A DNA stretch of 64,000 bases from Candidatus Latescibacterota bacterium (GCA_965219455.1 OZ244744.1:1632001-1696000); one strand, 5' to 3'; counted from the first letter of the stretch, positions 28,269 through 37,277 are shown. Program-made: numbers and translations. The notes: a model not told the origin generated them from the sequence alone.

Positions 28269-29631
28269 ATGAAGCCAAACACTCTTGCGCTCATCGCAAC
28301 CATCCTGATGTCCATTGCCGCGCCGTCCGGTTCGCACGCCGCCCAACGGTCCACAGAGATGAACATCACCGTGATGACGCGTGGAGAAGTAGACCCTTCG
28401 ACGATCGGGGCCGGAACGTACGCGTACGTCGCCTATAAATCGGATGGAATCAAAGGGGCAACGTGGGGCCTCATCAAACAAATCGACTCCGATGGTATCG
28501 TCATTGAATCCGAGTCCACGCCATCCGAAACGCGAAAAATAGCGATTGGCCACATTGACATTCTCGCTGTCGCTGAAGATCGACTCACCCTGGAAACGTG
28601 GCAAGAGGCAAGACTGGCCGCGGCGAAAATCACTGTCTTGACCCGTAAAGATCTCGACCTTTCGAAGCTCGCGACCGGATCGTATGCGCACGTTGTCTAC
28701 ACGTGGCGGGGCCTTAAGAGGACGGCATCCGGAAAGGTTCTGGAGATAGAATCGGGTGGCATTTTGATCGAGTCCGGGACCGAACCCCCCGAAACGTGGC
28801 CAATAGCGACTGCGGATATTGACACACTCGCTTTCTCTAAGACTTCACAGGCCCTGGAAAGGTGGCAGAGGTGGGCCGGAAAGCGGCATCGTCAGAATGT
28901 CGCGCTGGGACATAAATCCGTCGATGCTGGAGGAAGGGCTATACGTTCACGTCGTCTACACTTCCCGCGGCGAGCAGAGAACGGCAACCGGAAAGGTCGT
29001 TGACAGTTATGCCGATAGGATCGTGATTCAGTACTGGGTCGGAGGAAAGGCCACATGGGCACACCCGGAAAATCTGAAAGTCGCCTATAGCGACGTCGAG
29101 ACTGTCATTGTTGCCAGGGATCGACGAGACCTCCAGACTTTGGGACGGGCGAGGACCTACTTCGGATACTCCAAAGAGCACAAGGTTGAGGGACGGCCCC
29201 GCATTGCCCTGAAGTTAATTTTCGGGACGGTATTTGGCGCCATTACGGCCGCACCCGTGGCCCTGAGTCACTTTCCCGAGGTTTATCGTGATGATCCCGG
29301 CCCTCCGTTAGAGGTTATTCCTGCCGCCATTCTTCACGCCGCCGCAACGGCCTGGGTCGTCAGCAAGGTGGATCCCCCCGCCCGATACGGACCTACATTT
29401 GCAGGGAGCCTGCTCGGGTGCGCTGTTGTTTCCTCTGCTGTTCTGCTAAGCGATCTGGATGGGTACCAGGGTCCCGCGGTGGCGTGGCTTGGGTACATTT
29501 CCGCAACGACTCTTGCAGCAACAATCGCGTCCGAGTTTTCCCGAGGGCCGCCCGATGCACCCGGTTTCACTATCGGCCTCGCGCCGCGGAGAGACGGTAG
29601 CCTATCCGCTGTCGCGGTGTATCGATTCTGA
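28269..29631 (+). pseudogene. Paralog C (three repeats plus TM C-terminus), frameshifted near 28878
   Basis: Signal peptide MKPNTLALIATIL..SHA; two repeats in the first frame and a third in the 28819 ORF; deleting one G in GCCGGAAAGC restores WAESGIVRM. Could be a sequencing error. Confidence 0.75.
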
Positions 29632-29725
29632 CAGGCCTACGAAAGAGCGATTGGCACGCAATCCAGTCCGCAACCCTTGTAACGCGACGAGGTCATCGCG
29701 ATTCAGACAGGACAAGGAGAACGTC

Positions 29726-30628
29726 GTGAGCGAACACTGTTACTTCATGTCAGCCGGAGAGTTGCGGGCGATTGTGGGAGACGATACGGACCATGGCGGA
29801 GGAAGAGACGAGCACAGCGGCGTCTGGTTTCTGACGTCAACAAAGGACCGGCATACGGCGGTGTCTCAGGGAAACGGAATTCTGTTGTTCGGACACCACA
29901 GGGGCACGCGGCCTTCGGTGCGGCGGGGGAACGACGTCTCGGTCGAACTTTTCAAAGAGGCGTGTGAGGCCAACAACCACGTGGAGACGCGGGGGACCTA
30001 CCGCCTCGTCGCGCCGCACTACATCGACTACGAGATGACGGCCACCGCCCGGTCCGGGCACCGGTCGCAGGACCGCACGTCATTCAGCTGGTGCTGTTAT
30101 GTAAATTCACCAACAGACAAGGGAATCCATTTTATAGAGAAGGGGCTGTGGACGTACTACTTCAATCCGGTTCACGGGCAGGGCGCAATGGTCTTTCCAA
30201 CCGATCTGGACGTGGTTGAACGGGAGCCCTGGGGACAGGAGCCGGCTACGAAGTTTCTGGAAGGAGAGCGAAACTTCAGCCATTCCGATTCCGGACGTAC
30301 GTTCGATTATCCGTTCTATTTCGGGATGATCCGAGGGATGATGTTCCAGATTATGGCGGACGATTACCCCGGCTTCCGGTTCTTCATCTCTCCATCGGGC
30401 GCGGGGCAATCGATCCTGCCCGGGCAGAACAGCCCGGCGTGGGATTTCGCGTGGGAGACGGGTGGACTCAGGGTGGATGAACCTGTAACGCTTCACGTCC
30501 GGGTGGTTTACAAGCGCCCCGAAAGAACCGAGGCGGTTCCCAACGGGTACGCGGCGGACCATGCATGGATGGAATTTCAGAGGTTCAGTGAGACGTTTCC
30601 GGTGCGCGGGATGGAGGAAAGGCGGTGA
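29726..30628 (+). CDS. Hypothetical protein (aromatic and beta-rich, no signal peptide)
   Basis: RBS AAGGAG then GTG 29726; 300-aa ORF; no motif recognised. Confidence 0.6.
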   Translation: MSEHCYFMSAGELRAIVGDDTDHGGGRDEHSGVWFLTSTKDRHTAVSQGNGILLFGHHRGTRPSVRRGNDVSVELFKEACEANNHVETRGTYRLVAPHYIDYEMTATARSGHRSQDRTSFSWCCYVNSPTDKGIHFIEKGLWTYYFNPVHGQGAMVFPTDLDVVEREPWGQEPATKFLEGERNFSHSDSGRTFDYPFYFGMIRGMMFQIMADDYPGFRFFISPSGAGQSILPGQNSPAWDFAWETGGLRVDEPVTLHVRVVYKRPERTEAVPNGYAADHAWMEFQRFSETFPVRGMEERR

Positions 30629-30791
30629 GAGGGGAGAAGGAAGAAGGAAGAGGGAAGAAGGCAGAAAAACCGTAAAGACGGGGAGAGGGGAGAGGGGAGA
30701 AAACAGGAAAGGTGGGGAGACGGGAGACGGGAGACGAAAGAGGGTAGAGAAAACCAGAGCGGAGATGTGAATCCAAGCACATCCGTTCCTT

Positions 30792-31091
30792 CTAAGCCGT
30801 GTGCACACGTACCTCCGGATCCAGCCTGCCAGACAGGGTATCGCGGGCAGCTTCAAGGTCGTACCGGGTTTGCAGATTCATCCAGAACTGGGCTTCCATT
30901 GAAAAGAATCGTCCCAGTCTCAAGGCCGTATCTGCAGTGATGCGCCGCTTCCCGTTTATGATTTCATTGATGCGACGTGGCGGCACATTGATTTCCTTTG
31001 CCAGGTGATATTGACTCATCTGCATTGGCTTGAGGAAATCCTCGAACAGGATCTCGCCGGGATGGATCGGCGGAAAGTCGCGCGTCGTCAT
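30792..31091 (-). CDS. higA: HigA-family antitoxin (addiction module antidote)
   Basis: PIHPGEIL.EDFL.P, RRINEIINGKRRITADTALRLGRFF, FWMNLQ..YDL. Confidence 0.92.
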   Translation of the reverse strand: MTTRDFPPIHPGEILFEDFLKPMQMSQYHLAKEINVPPRRINEIINGKRRITADTALRLGRFFSMEAQFWMNLQTRYDLEAARDTLSGRLDPEVRVHTA

Positions 31092-31200
31092 CGATTCTCC
31101 CAAATGATAGTCGACGATCTCGACGTCGTAGGTATTCTGGTCACGCCACTCGAAACACACACGCCACTGATCGTTAATGCGAATGCTGCGCTGCCCTTGT
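31092..31200 (-). pseudogene. higB: HigB toxin C-terminal remnant
   Basis: QGQRSIRINDQWRVCFEWRDQNTYDVEIVDYH; N-terminal half missing; no stop codon before higA. Confidence 0.8.
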
Positions 31201-31324
31201 CGTCCGGGCGGGCGGCTGTAGAAGTTGGGACGATGCCTCGCTTCGACCTCACGCTGATCACCTTAATCTGGCAAGAGCGCGGCGACTCGTCTATAGTGGA
31301 CGATGAAATCACCGTGCGAAATGG

Positions 31325-31609
31325 TCAGTCGGGGATCAGCTCAATGTTGAGCCGGCAGCCGACGGCTTCAGCATATTTTCGCAGCGTCTCGATTTTGGGG
31401 GAATGCCGGCGGCTGGCGGACTCCAGGCGCGTGATCGCGGTTGCTTTCGTGCCCATCTTCTCTGCGACCTGCCCTTGCGTCAGACCAGCGCGTTTTCGCG
31501 CTTCCAATAGCTTGTCCAGCAATTCGAACTCTGGCCTTTGAGCCTCATACTCGGCGTTTGTTTCGGGATTTTCGAGTGCCTTTCTCTTGAGTTCTTCGTG
31601 ACTGAGCAT
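31325..31609 (-). CDS. XRE-family HTH antitoxin
   Basis: ARKRAGLTQGQVAEKMGT....ITRLES....PKIETLRKYAEA; downstream of a RelE-like toxin. Confidence 0.88.
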   Translation of the reverse strand: MLSHEELKRKALENPETNAEYEAQRPEFELLDKLLEARKRAGLTQGQVAEKMGTKATAITRLESASRRHSPKIETLRKYAEAVGCRLNIELIPD

Positions 31610-31671
31610 GGGTTCCCTCTCTTCTTTCGTGCTCTCAGCACAGGTTGGCCTTTGGATTTATCGGGATTGTT

Positions 31672-32022
31672 TTAAAAATCCCTCAATTCAGACAGCCGCT
31701 TTCTTGCCGTATCGCGTTCTTGCCTGGGTGTCCTTCGCGCTTTTTTCACAAAACTGTGAAGTATCACGATCTTTCTGTTGATGCTGGTGTCTTGCACACG
31801 GTCAGTCTTCGTACAAAAGAACACGCGACCGATCCCCTCTTTCGCCTTCATTCGGAGTTCAAACAAACCGTCCCCAAGAGCGCGCGTGTGTGGCATCCCA
31901 AGATGAGGACCGAATTTTTGCATCCTGTCGGTCAAGTTAAAATAACGCGCCTGAATGACTGGAGGAAAGCGCAGGATGTTTTGTTGCACTTTTTCGTTGT
32001 AGTATATGATTTTCCATTTCAC
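31672..32022 (-). CDS. RelE/ParE-superfamily toxin (Gp49/DUF891-like)
   Basis: LGMPHTRALGDGLFELR, GRVFFC, ILHSFVKK..RTP..E...A.KR. Confidence 0.88.
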   Translation of the reverse strand: MKWKIIYYNEKVQQNILRFPPVIQARYFNLTDRMQKFGPHLGMPHTRALGDGLFELRMKAKEGIGRVFFCTKTDRVQDTSINRKIVILHSFVKKARRTPRQERDTARKRLSELRDF

Positions 32023-32454
32023 TCGAAAAACATAACGAATTTGTTATATTTCGTCAATAGGCAAGTGAGGCAACAATCTCGGGCACAGCCTGCAATCTAC
32101 GACTTCTCGAATGATCCCGAGTTTATCGGGGGAATGAACCGGCGGACCGGCTTAGGGGTTTACTTCCACCCATCTGGTTGCACCTGCCTGCCGCGTTGCG
32201 ATTGCCGCAAGCAGGGTTGAGCAAATCGAAATCGCGATGAGGGAAATTACCGGATGCTTTCAACTGGTGATGCCATCGCGGGTTGCCCTATTGACCATTA
32301 TCTGAACGACCCCCAGGGGCTTATATTGGTAGTTCGCTCGCATCTGACATTAGACCTTGCAGTAAAACTTCAACACAAAATGGGTACATGTTTAAGCTGG
32401 CTGTTTGCAAAAGGTATGGCATTGAAATCCCCCACCGCATCAGCCGTAGCCGGC

Positions 32455-32509
32455 CCTTCGGCAAGCTTGCTTCGACAAGCTCAGCACAAGCAGGGCAAGT
32501 CTCAGGGGA
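32455..32509. repeat. Nested CTTCGACAAGCTCAG-type REP-like repeat
   Basis: CCCTTCGGCAAG-CTTGCTTCGACAAGCTCAGCACAAG-CAGGGCAAGTCTCAGGGG; related nested copy at 48980-49020. Confidence 0.55.
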
Positions 32510-32580
32510 CGGGCTCGCCCGATCATTGGCACTTTTGGGTTGCGGGCAAGCATTGCGAGGCCGCGCCAGGAGAACTAAGG

Positions 32581-32688
32581 ATGAAACGCGCTCTTGACAT
32601 TGACGATTGCATCAATGAGACCTGCCCCTGGTCCGGCAAGCCGGTGCAGGCCGATTCGCTCACCGAATATAACGGGCACGTCGTCGGG
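32581..32688 (+). pseudogene. 5' fragment of a small Cys-containing YHS/TRASH-like protein
   Basis: MKRALDIDDCINETCPWSGKPVQADSLTEYNGHVVG, then joined to the broken intron RT; second fragment at 37211. Confidence 0.6.
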
Positions 32689-33011
32689 ATGCCCAGCGGA
32701 CGCTGCCTGCCGTCCCCCTTCGGGATGTAGACCCGGCGGATCGGGGCTGCTCGATACGATTTGCTTCTCACGGCTTCCGACAGTTCGCCTAACCACCGTT
32801 CTCGTCCATATGACTCGTTATCCTCGAACGTCTCTCCATCCACACCTGCCGCGCCGCCGTTGGCCTTGCAACAGCGGTTGGCCCAGTGCAGGACGTCCTC
32901 CCGATACACTTTGTCATAAACCGCGTAGAATCGGTAGTCGGGCGATTCCTTCGCTTTGGCATGTAACGTCCTCTGTAGCTTCCGAACCTTCTCCGGAGGT
33001 CTCAGGCTCAT
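32682..33011 (-). pseudogene. Group II intron reverse transcriptase/maturase, N-terminal fragment
   Basis: KVRKLQRTLHAKAK...RFYAVYDKV, NGGAAGVDG, RRVYIPK.DG.QRPLGIPT; breaks before YADD. Confidence 0.9.
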
Positions 33012-33069
33012 ACCAATCTCCCGGCTCTCGCTCCTTTGACGCTGCCCTTGAACCAAGGCCCCTTTCCTC

Positions 33070-33272
33070 CCTGCCTGCAGCGCAGTGCGCTGCGCAGGCA
33101 GGCGCCGGCATTACCCGACATCATCGGTACTACGAGCCTCTCTCCGTCACCCCATACGGCCCGGCCTGTCCCTCGCGGGCTGCCTGTCTGCGTGCGACGC
33201 ACAGGCAGGCCGGATGGTGCCCCCGCACCACCGCCTGGGGTTTCCCGCCTGCCTGTGACGAAGGCAGACAGG
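33070..33272. repeat. Three CCTGYCTG...CAGRCAGG micro-palindromes (33070-33102, 33183-33209, 33248-33272)
   Basis: Shared 8-bp inverted ends with different cores; further copies at 21321-21353 and 32183-32215. Confidence 0.75.
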
Positions 33273-33706
33273 TGTTGCGGCGGATCTCCTTGTATATACA
33301 TGCCGTCGCCAGTACCCCGGCGGGACCGTTGGATGCACGCGTTGCTGTCTTTTTCCAACGACGGCGGCCTTCCCCGGCCGTCAGGCGGGTCGGCTCCCGC
33401 ATTAGCTTTTTCCGAGGCCTGCTCAGCGTTCACTGCTCGTTACGGCCTGCATACTCGCGGGGTCGCCTTGCGACCCTTTACACCGGAGGCGTCAGAGATT
33501 TCGTTACCTACGTCCCTGCTCCGGTTGCTACCGACTGAAGCAACCCTTGTCGGGTGGGACTCTCACCCACTGAAGATCCGCGCCTTTGCACGGCGCACTG
33601 ACGGCTGAGAGCTGATCGCTGACAGCTGCATCATGCTACCAACCAATTACGTGTCGCTCGCTAATGCGAGAAGGTAAACGAAAAATCCTTAACCCCGAAG
33701 GCATTT

Positions 33707-34957
33707 ATGATACGTTACGCTACAGTTCTGATCGCGATCACGCTTGTAATCATGTTCTGGCCTGGCCATTCGTTTGCGGCACAACGCGATGCGGGTGTCG
33801 ATCCCGTAGGAAGCGCACCAACCGGGCCTACACTCGCCTCAATCGCCGCCGAAGACAGTACAGAAGTAGAGCAGACGGGGGACGAGAGCGGTGGGGAGCA
33901 ACTATCCGACCAGTGGTCCCGCGAGATGGGCGTTCTTGTAATGACGCGTGCGGAATTGGACACCTTGAAGATTGTCAAGGGGTGGTTCGCGCACATCGTC
34001 TACGCGTCGGAAGGCGTCCGGGGAACCGCCGACGGCGAGATTATCGGCAAAGGCATGGATGGCATTGTCGTCAGATCCGGACCCTGGGAGAGGCGGGAAA
34101 TCGTCTACGCGGTTATCGAGACACTCACCGTTGCGCCGGACCGGCGGACCCTTGAAAAATGGCGACGGGCCTGGGAGGCCGCTGATTACGTGACCGTCAT
34201 GTACCGGGACGACCTCGACCCGTCGCAAATCGTGACGGGCTGGTATGCTCACGTGGTTTACACGACGGAAGGGAAGGAAGGCGCGGTAACAGGAGAGATT
34301 GTTGCCATGGACTCCGTTGGCGTCACAATCGAATACGCGCCTCCTGCCAGGCGGCGCGGGCTTGCAAGACGGAAAAGCCTGGAAATCGCGTTTGAGGAAA
34401 TCGAAGTGATCGTTTTGGCAGAAGACCGCGACGCCGTGGAAGCGTGGCCCAAAACCAGCATGGCCGCAGGACTCGAAACCCCGAAAAAACCGAAGTACGA
34501 AATAGGCGCAAACCTCCTGTCAGCGCTAATCTTGTTTGATCAATCCGGTAACAACACAAGCGTGGTGAATGGTGGAGGCGGCCTGTCACGGCTTTCACCG
34601 TCATTTTATATCTCGTCCTTCCTTTTGCCTAAATTCACCTTCGATGTCGGAATGGGCTTCACTTACCGCTCCGCAAGCGGCGGGAGCAGTCGCACCACGC
34701 GGGTGCTACAAGGCGGATTTACATTCTTGTCCGGTCGGCCAGCTTCGAGTTCGCCCTATGGCCGGATTTTCGCCGTAACCTTTGGCGGAGACTATTCGAA
34801 TTCTCGATTTGGCGCAGGGTTCGGCGCGGGAACTCGCCACGTTTTCCGAAACGGTATCGCTCTCAGGTACGAGATGCAGTACGTACGCTGGTTCGATAAT
34901 AAGGTAAACCAGATCGAATTCCTCCTGAACGTCGGCGTTGTGCTCGGCGGCAGGTAG
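33707..34957 (+). CDS. Paralog D: two ~80-aa repeats fused to a C-terminal outer-membrane beta-barrel-like domain
   Basis: Signal peptide ..HSFA; repeats GWFAHIVY and GWYAHVVY; amphipathic strands (FGAGFGAGTRH, ALRYEMQYVRW, FLLNVGVVL). Confidence 0.75.
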   Translation: MIRYATVLIAITLVIMFWPGHSFAAQRDAGVDPVGSAPTGPTLASIAAEDSTEVEQTGDESGGEQLSDQWSREMGVLVMTRAELDTLKIVKGWFAHIVYASEGVRGTADGEIIGKGMDGIVVRSGPWERREIVYAVIETLTVAPDRRTLEKWRRAWEAADYVTVMYRDDLDPSQIVTGWYAHVVYTTEGKEGAVTGEIVAMDSVGVTIEYAPPARRRGLARRKSLEIAFEEIEVIVLAEDRDAVEAWPKTSMAAGLETPKKPKYEIGANLLSALILFDQSGNNTSVVNGGGGLSRLSPSFYISSFLLPKFTFDVGMGFTYRSASGGSSRTTRVLQGGFTFLSGRPASSSPYGRIFAVTFGGDYSNSRFGAGFGAGTRHVFRNGIALRYEMQYVRWFDNKVNQIEFLLNVGVVLGGR

Positions 34958-35167
34958 CCGTCACCGCTGGAGCGGGCCAGGCGGGAAGCGCCATCCCGCA
35001 TCGTTCCCGGGCTCCCTTGGCCTCGACGGCTCGCACACGAAAACTCCGTCGAAATCCCGGATTGCGCACAATGGCCGTGTTCCGGCGTTCACCGTCAAAT
35101 CCAGCCTAGATGTGGCTCGATATTACAAAGGTTCGGCATCGCAATCGATCTCTTAGAGAGAGTTAAA

Positions 35168-36121
35168 ATGAGACGCTTTATTCTCGCAATACTCTGCGCA
35201 CTTTGGGCGCTATGTGCCGGTTCTTCGGCCGGCGATGCATTCGCACAGGAACTGCCCGACCGCAGAGTGGGGTTCACCTTTCTCCTGTTGCCCACCGGCG
35301 CGCGGGACGAAGCGCTCGGCGCAACCGGCGTCGCATCGGTGGGAACCGCTTCGACCATGATGTACAATCCTGCCGGGCTCGCTTTCCTGCACAGGTTAGA
35401 CGCGAATTATTCGTACATCAATTGGTATGGACGCACCAGGAAACACGTAGCGTGTATTGCCGGGAGGGCATCGAAGGCGGGAACGTTCGGAGTCTCATCG
35501 CAGAACTTCGGCTACGGAAGCAGCACGACCGCGGACGTTAAAGACTACGCCGTAACGGCCGCCTGGGGAGCGGAGCTGACCGACCGGTTTGCGCTGGGTT
35601 CCGCCGTCAAGTTGATCAGAGAATCGTACGGGGACGGGACCAGGAACGCTTTCGCCGTCGATCTCGGCGCATACTTCGCAACGGGATCACGCGGTGCAAT
35701 CTTCGCGCTGGGCGCGCGAAACCTGAGCGGTGCGGTAATGGGCGAGCCCGATCACATCGTCGCTCCGAAGCAGATACGGGCGGGGGTGCTCATGGATCTG
35801 ATTTCGACGATGGGTTTCGAGCCCTTCACGCATCGCCTCGACATTGCGGTTGACCTGACCAGACCTTTCTATCCCCACGGTCAAACCGCACTGAACACGG
35901 GTGTGGAGTATACCCGTATAACTTCATTGGCGCCGGGGTATTCACTTGCCATTTCGCTGCGAGCAGGACAAAAATCCGGTGTTCCCTTCGCGCTTGGTTT
36001 CGGATTCGAGATCACCATAGCAGGTGGCAGTGGAATCGCCGTGGATTACGCCAACAGGGGCTTTGGCGGGGCTGTGAGAGATCAAAGGATACACGTATTC
36101 AGCGTAGCACTGAATCTTTGA
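35168..36121 (+). CDS. PorV/PorQ (UPF0164)-like outer-membrane beta-barrel protein
   Basis: Signal peptide; FL.LPTGAR..ALG, YNPAGLAF, AFAVDLGAY, C-terminal HVFSVALNL. Confidence 0.75.
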   Translation: MRRFILAILCALWALCAGSSAGDAFAQELPDRRVGFTFLLLPTGARDEALGATGVASVGTASTMMYNPAGLAFLHRLDANYSYINWYGRTRKHVACIAGRASKAGTFGVSSQNFGYGSSTTADVKDYAVTAAWGAELTDRFALGSAVKLIRESYGDGTRNAFAVDLGAYFATGSRGAIFALGARNLSGAVMGEPDHIVAPKQIRAGVLMDLISTMGFEPFTHRLDIAVDLTRPFYPHGQTALNTGVEYTRITSLAPGYSLAISLRAGQKSGVPFALGFGFEITIAGGSGIAVDYANRGFGGAVRDQRIHVFSVALNL

Positions 36122-36229
36122 TTGTAGAGCCAGTTCCAACGCCTCAAGGTCCGACGGCCAACACACGCAGATGGCCAATTCGATGATCTATGGAATTGTC
36201 GTATTCCCACGAATTGAGGAGGTTACGAA

Positions 36230-36673
36230 ATGATGCGCGCCATCAGTATCGTCCTGATCGTGGCGATTGCGTTGCAAACAGTCGGATGCAGCACGTGGCG
36301 ACCCCTGGTTCGCGCGACCAGGATCGCGGAGGATGACTGACAGTCATCGACGCGAGAACAGGTCCTGGGAAAACTCACCGAGGGTACACGTGTAAGGATA
36401 AGAATTCGCGACGGTTCCCGTGCGCCGATCAAGGGTCAAGTAATCGAGGGTATTGTAGAAAGGGTCGCTCTAACGTCGCTGACGGTAACCCATGTTTCGA
36501 TTCTTGACCGCAGCAAAGCCATTGAGGAATTAACGCTGCAATATGCTGACATCGTCAGTATCGAATAACGTTCGGCTCGAAATCGTGGATTATCTGTTTT
36601 CTTCCTGGGCGTTGCATTCGGAACGATATTGGGTTTCTTGATTCCTGCTATTCAATTCGCTCAAGCGGATTGA
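36230..36673 (+). pseudogene. Lipoprotein with small beta domain and C-terminal TM; two in-frame stops
   Basis: RBS GAGGAGG; MMRAISIVLIVAIALQTVGC; TGA at 36338 and TAA at 36566 interrupt one continuous 147-codon frame. Confidence 0.7.
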
Positions 36674-36999
36674 GAAAACAACCCACCGGGACACCTGAAG
36701 TGCCGCCCGTTCTGTGGAATGCCAATCGCGACCACCCCGCGTTCCTCCGTCCGGGGTTTCCTCATCGTCGCGAAGGCTATCTCCCCTGCCGTCTGGTTTC
36801 AATTTTTAGACGCATTGCGTTCGCCGTATCTTGGCTTGCGTTCTTCCCGTACCTATGCATTTCATCCCCCATCGGCGGACAGACATGAGGTCGGCGAGCT
36901 TCCGGTTTCGGGGATCGAGTCGACTGAACTATGCGCGGCTCTCGCGGGGCGGCAGATGCTTTTCTTGTGTCTATATTGCCGGAGAAGGACGATGAGAAG

Positions 37000-37031
37000 G
37001 GCAGACAGGAATGTCTGCCCCACCTTCACAC
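37000..37031 (-). repeat. GTGG-type REP palindrome
   Basis: GGCAGACAGGAATGTCTGCCCCACCTTCACAC, repeated at 57793-57824. Confidence 0.7.
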
Positions 37032-37210
37032 GTGCTTCCTCAACTGCTTGACAAGCCATTTTGCGGGGGTGGAGATAATTGATTCGCGAATAAAGCAACT
37101 GACCGTGACAATTCGTGAGTTAACCATGCTGCCCGGGGTCTCGCCCGGAACGGCAAACCCGAACGGGGTTTTCTGCGCAAGGCTCCAATCGCGAAACGAC
37201 GGAAAGTACG

Positions 37211-37277
37211 ATGCGCGCGCTTGACATTGCCGACTGCATCAATGATACCTGCCCCTGGTCCGGCAAGCCTCTCACCG
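37211..37277 (+). pseudogene. Second fragment of the YHS-like small gene
   Basis: MRALDIADCINDTCPWSGKP; DNA nearly identical to 32587-32642. Confidence 0.55.

Larger units (their letters stand above)
32682..33598 (-). mobile_element. Group II intron, 5' half only (3'-truncated)
   Basis: 5' GTGCG boundary at 33598 (GTGCGCCGTGCAAAGGCGCG...), about 590 nt of structured RNA, then the RT N-terminus; no domain V/VI. Confidence 0.85.

Noticed and set aside
32682-33011. RT as a retron, DGR or defence RT diversifying the repeat proteins
   Set aside because: It has a group II intron RT0/RT1 N-terminus behind a GTGCG boundary and is truncated before YADD. No template/variable repeat pair with adenine-specific differences was seen.
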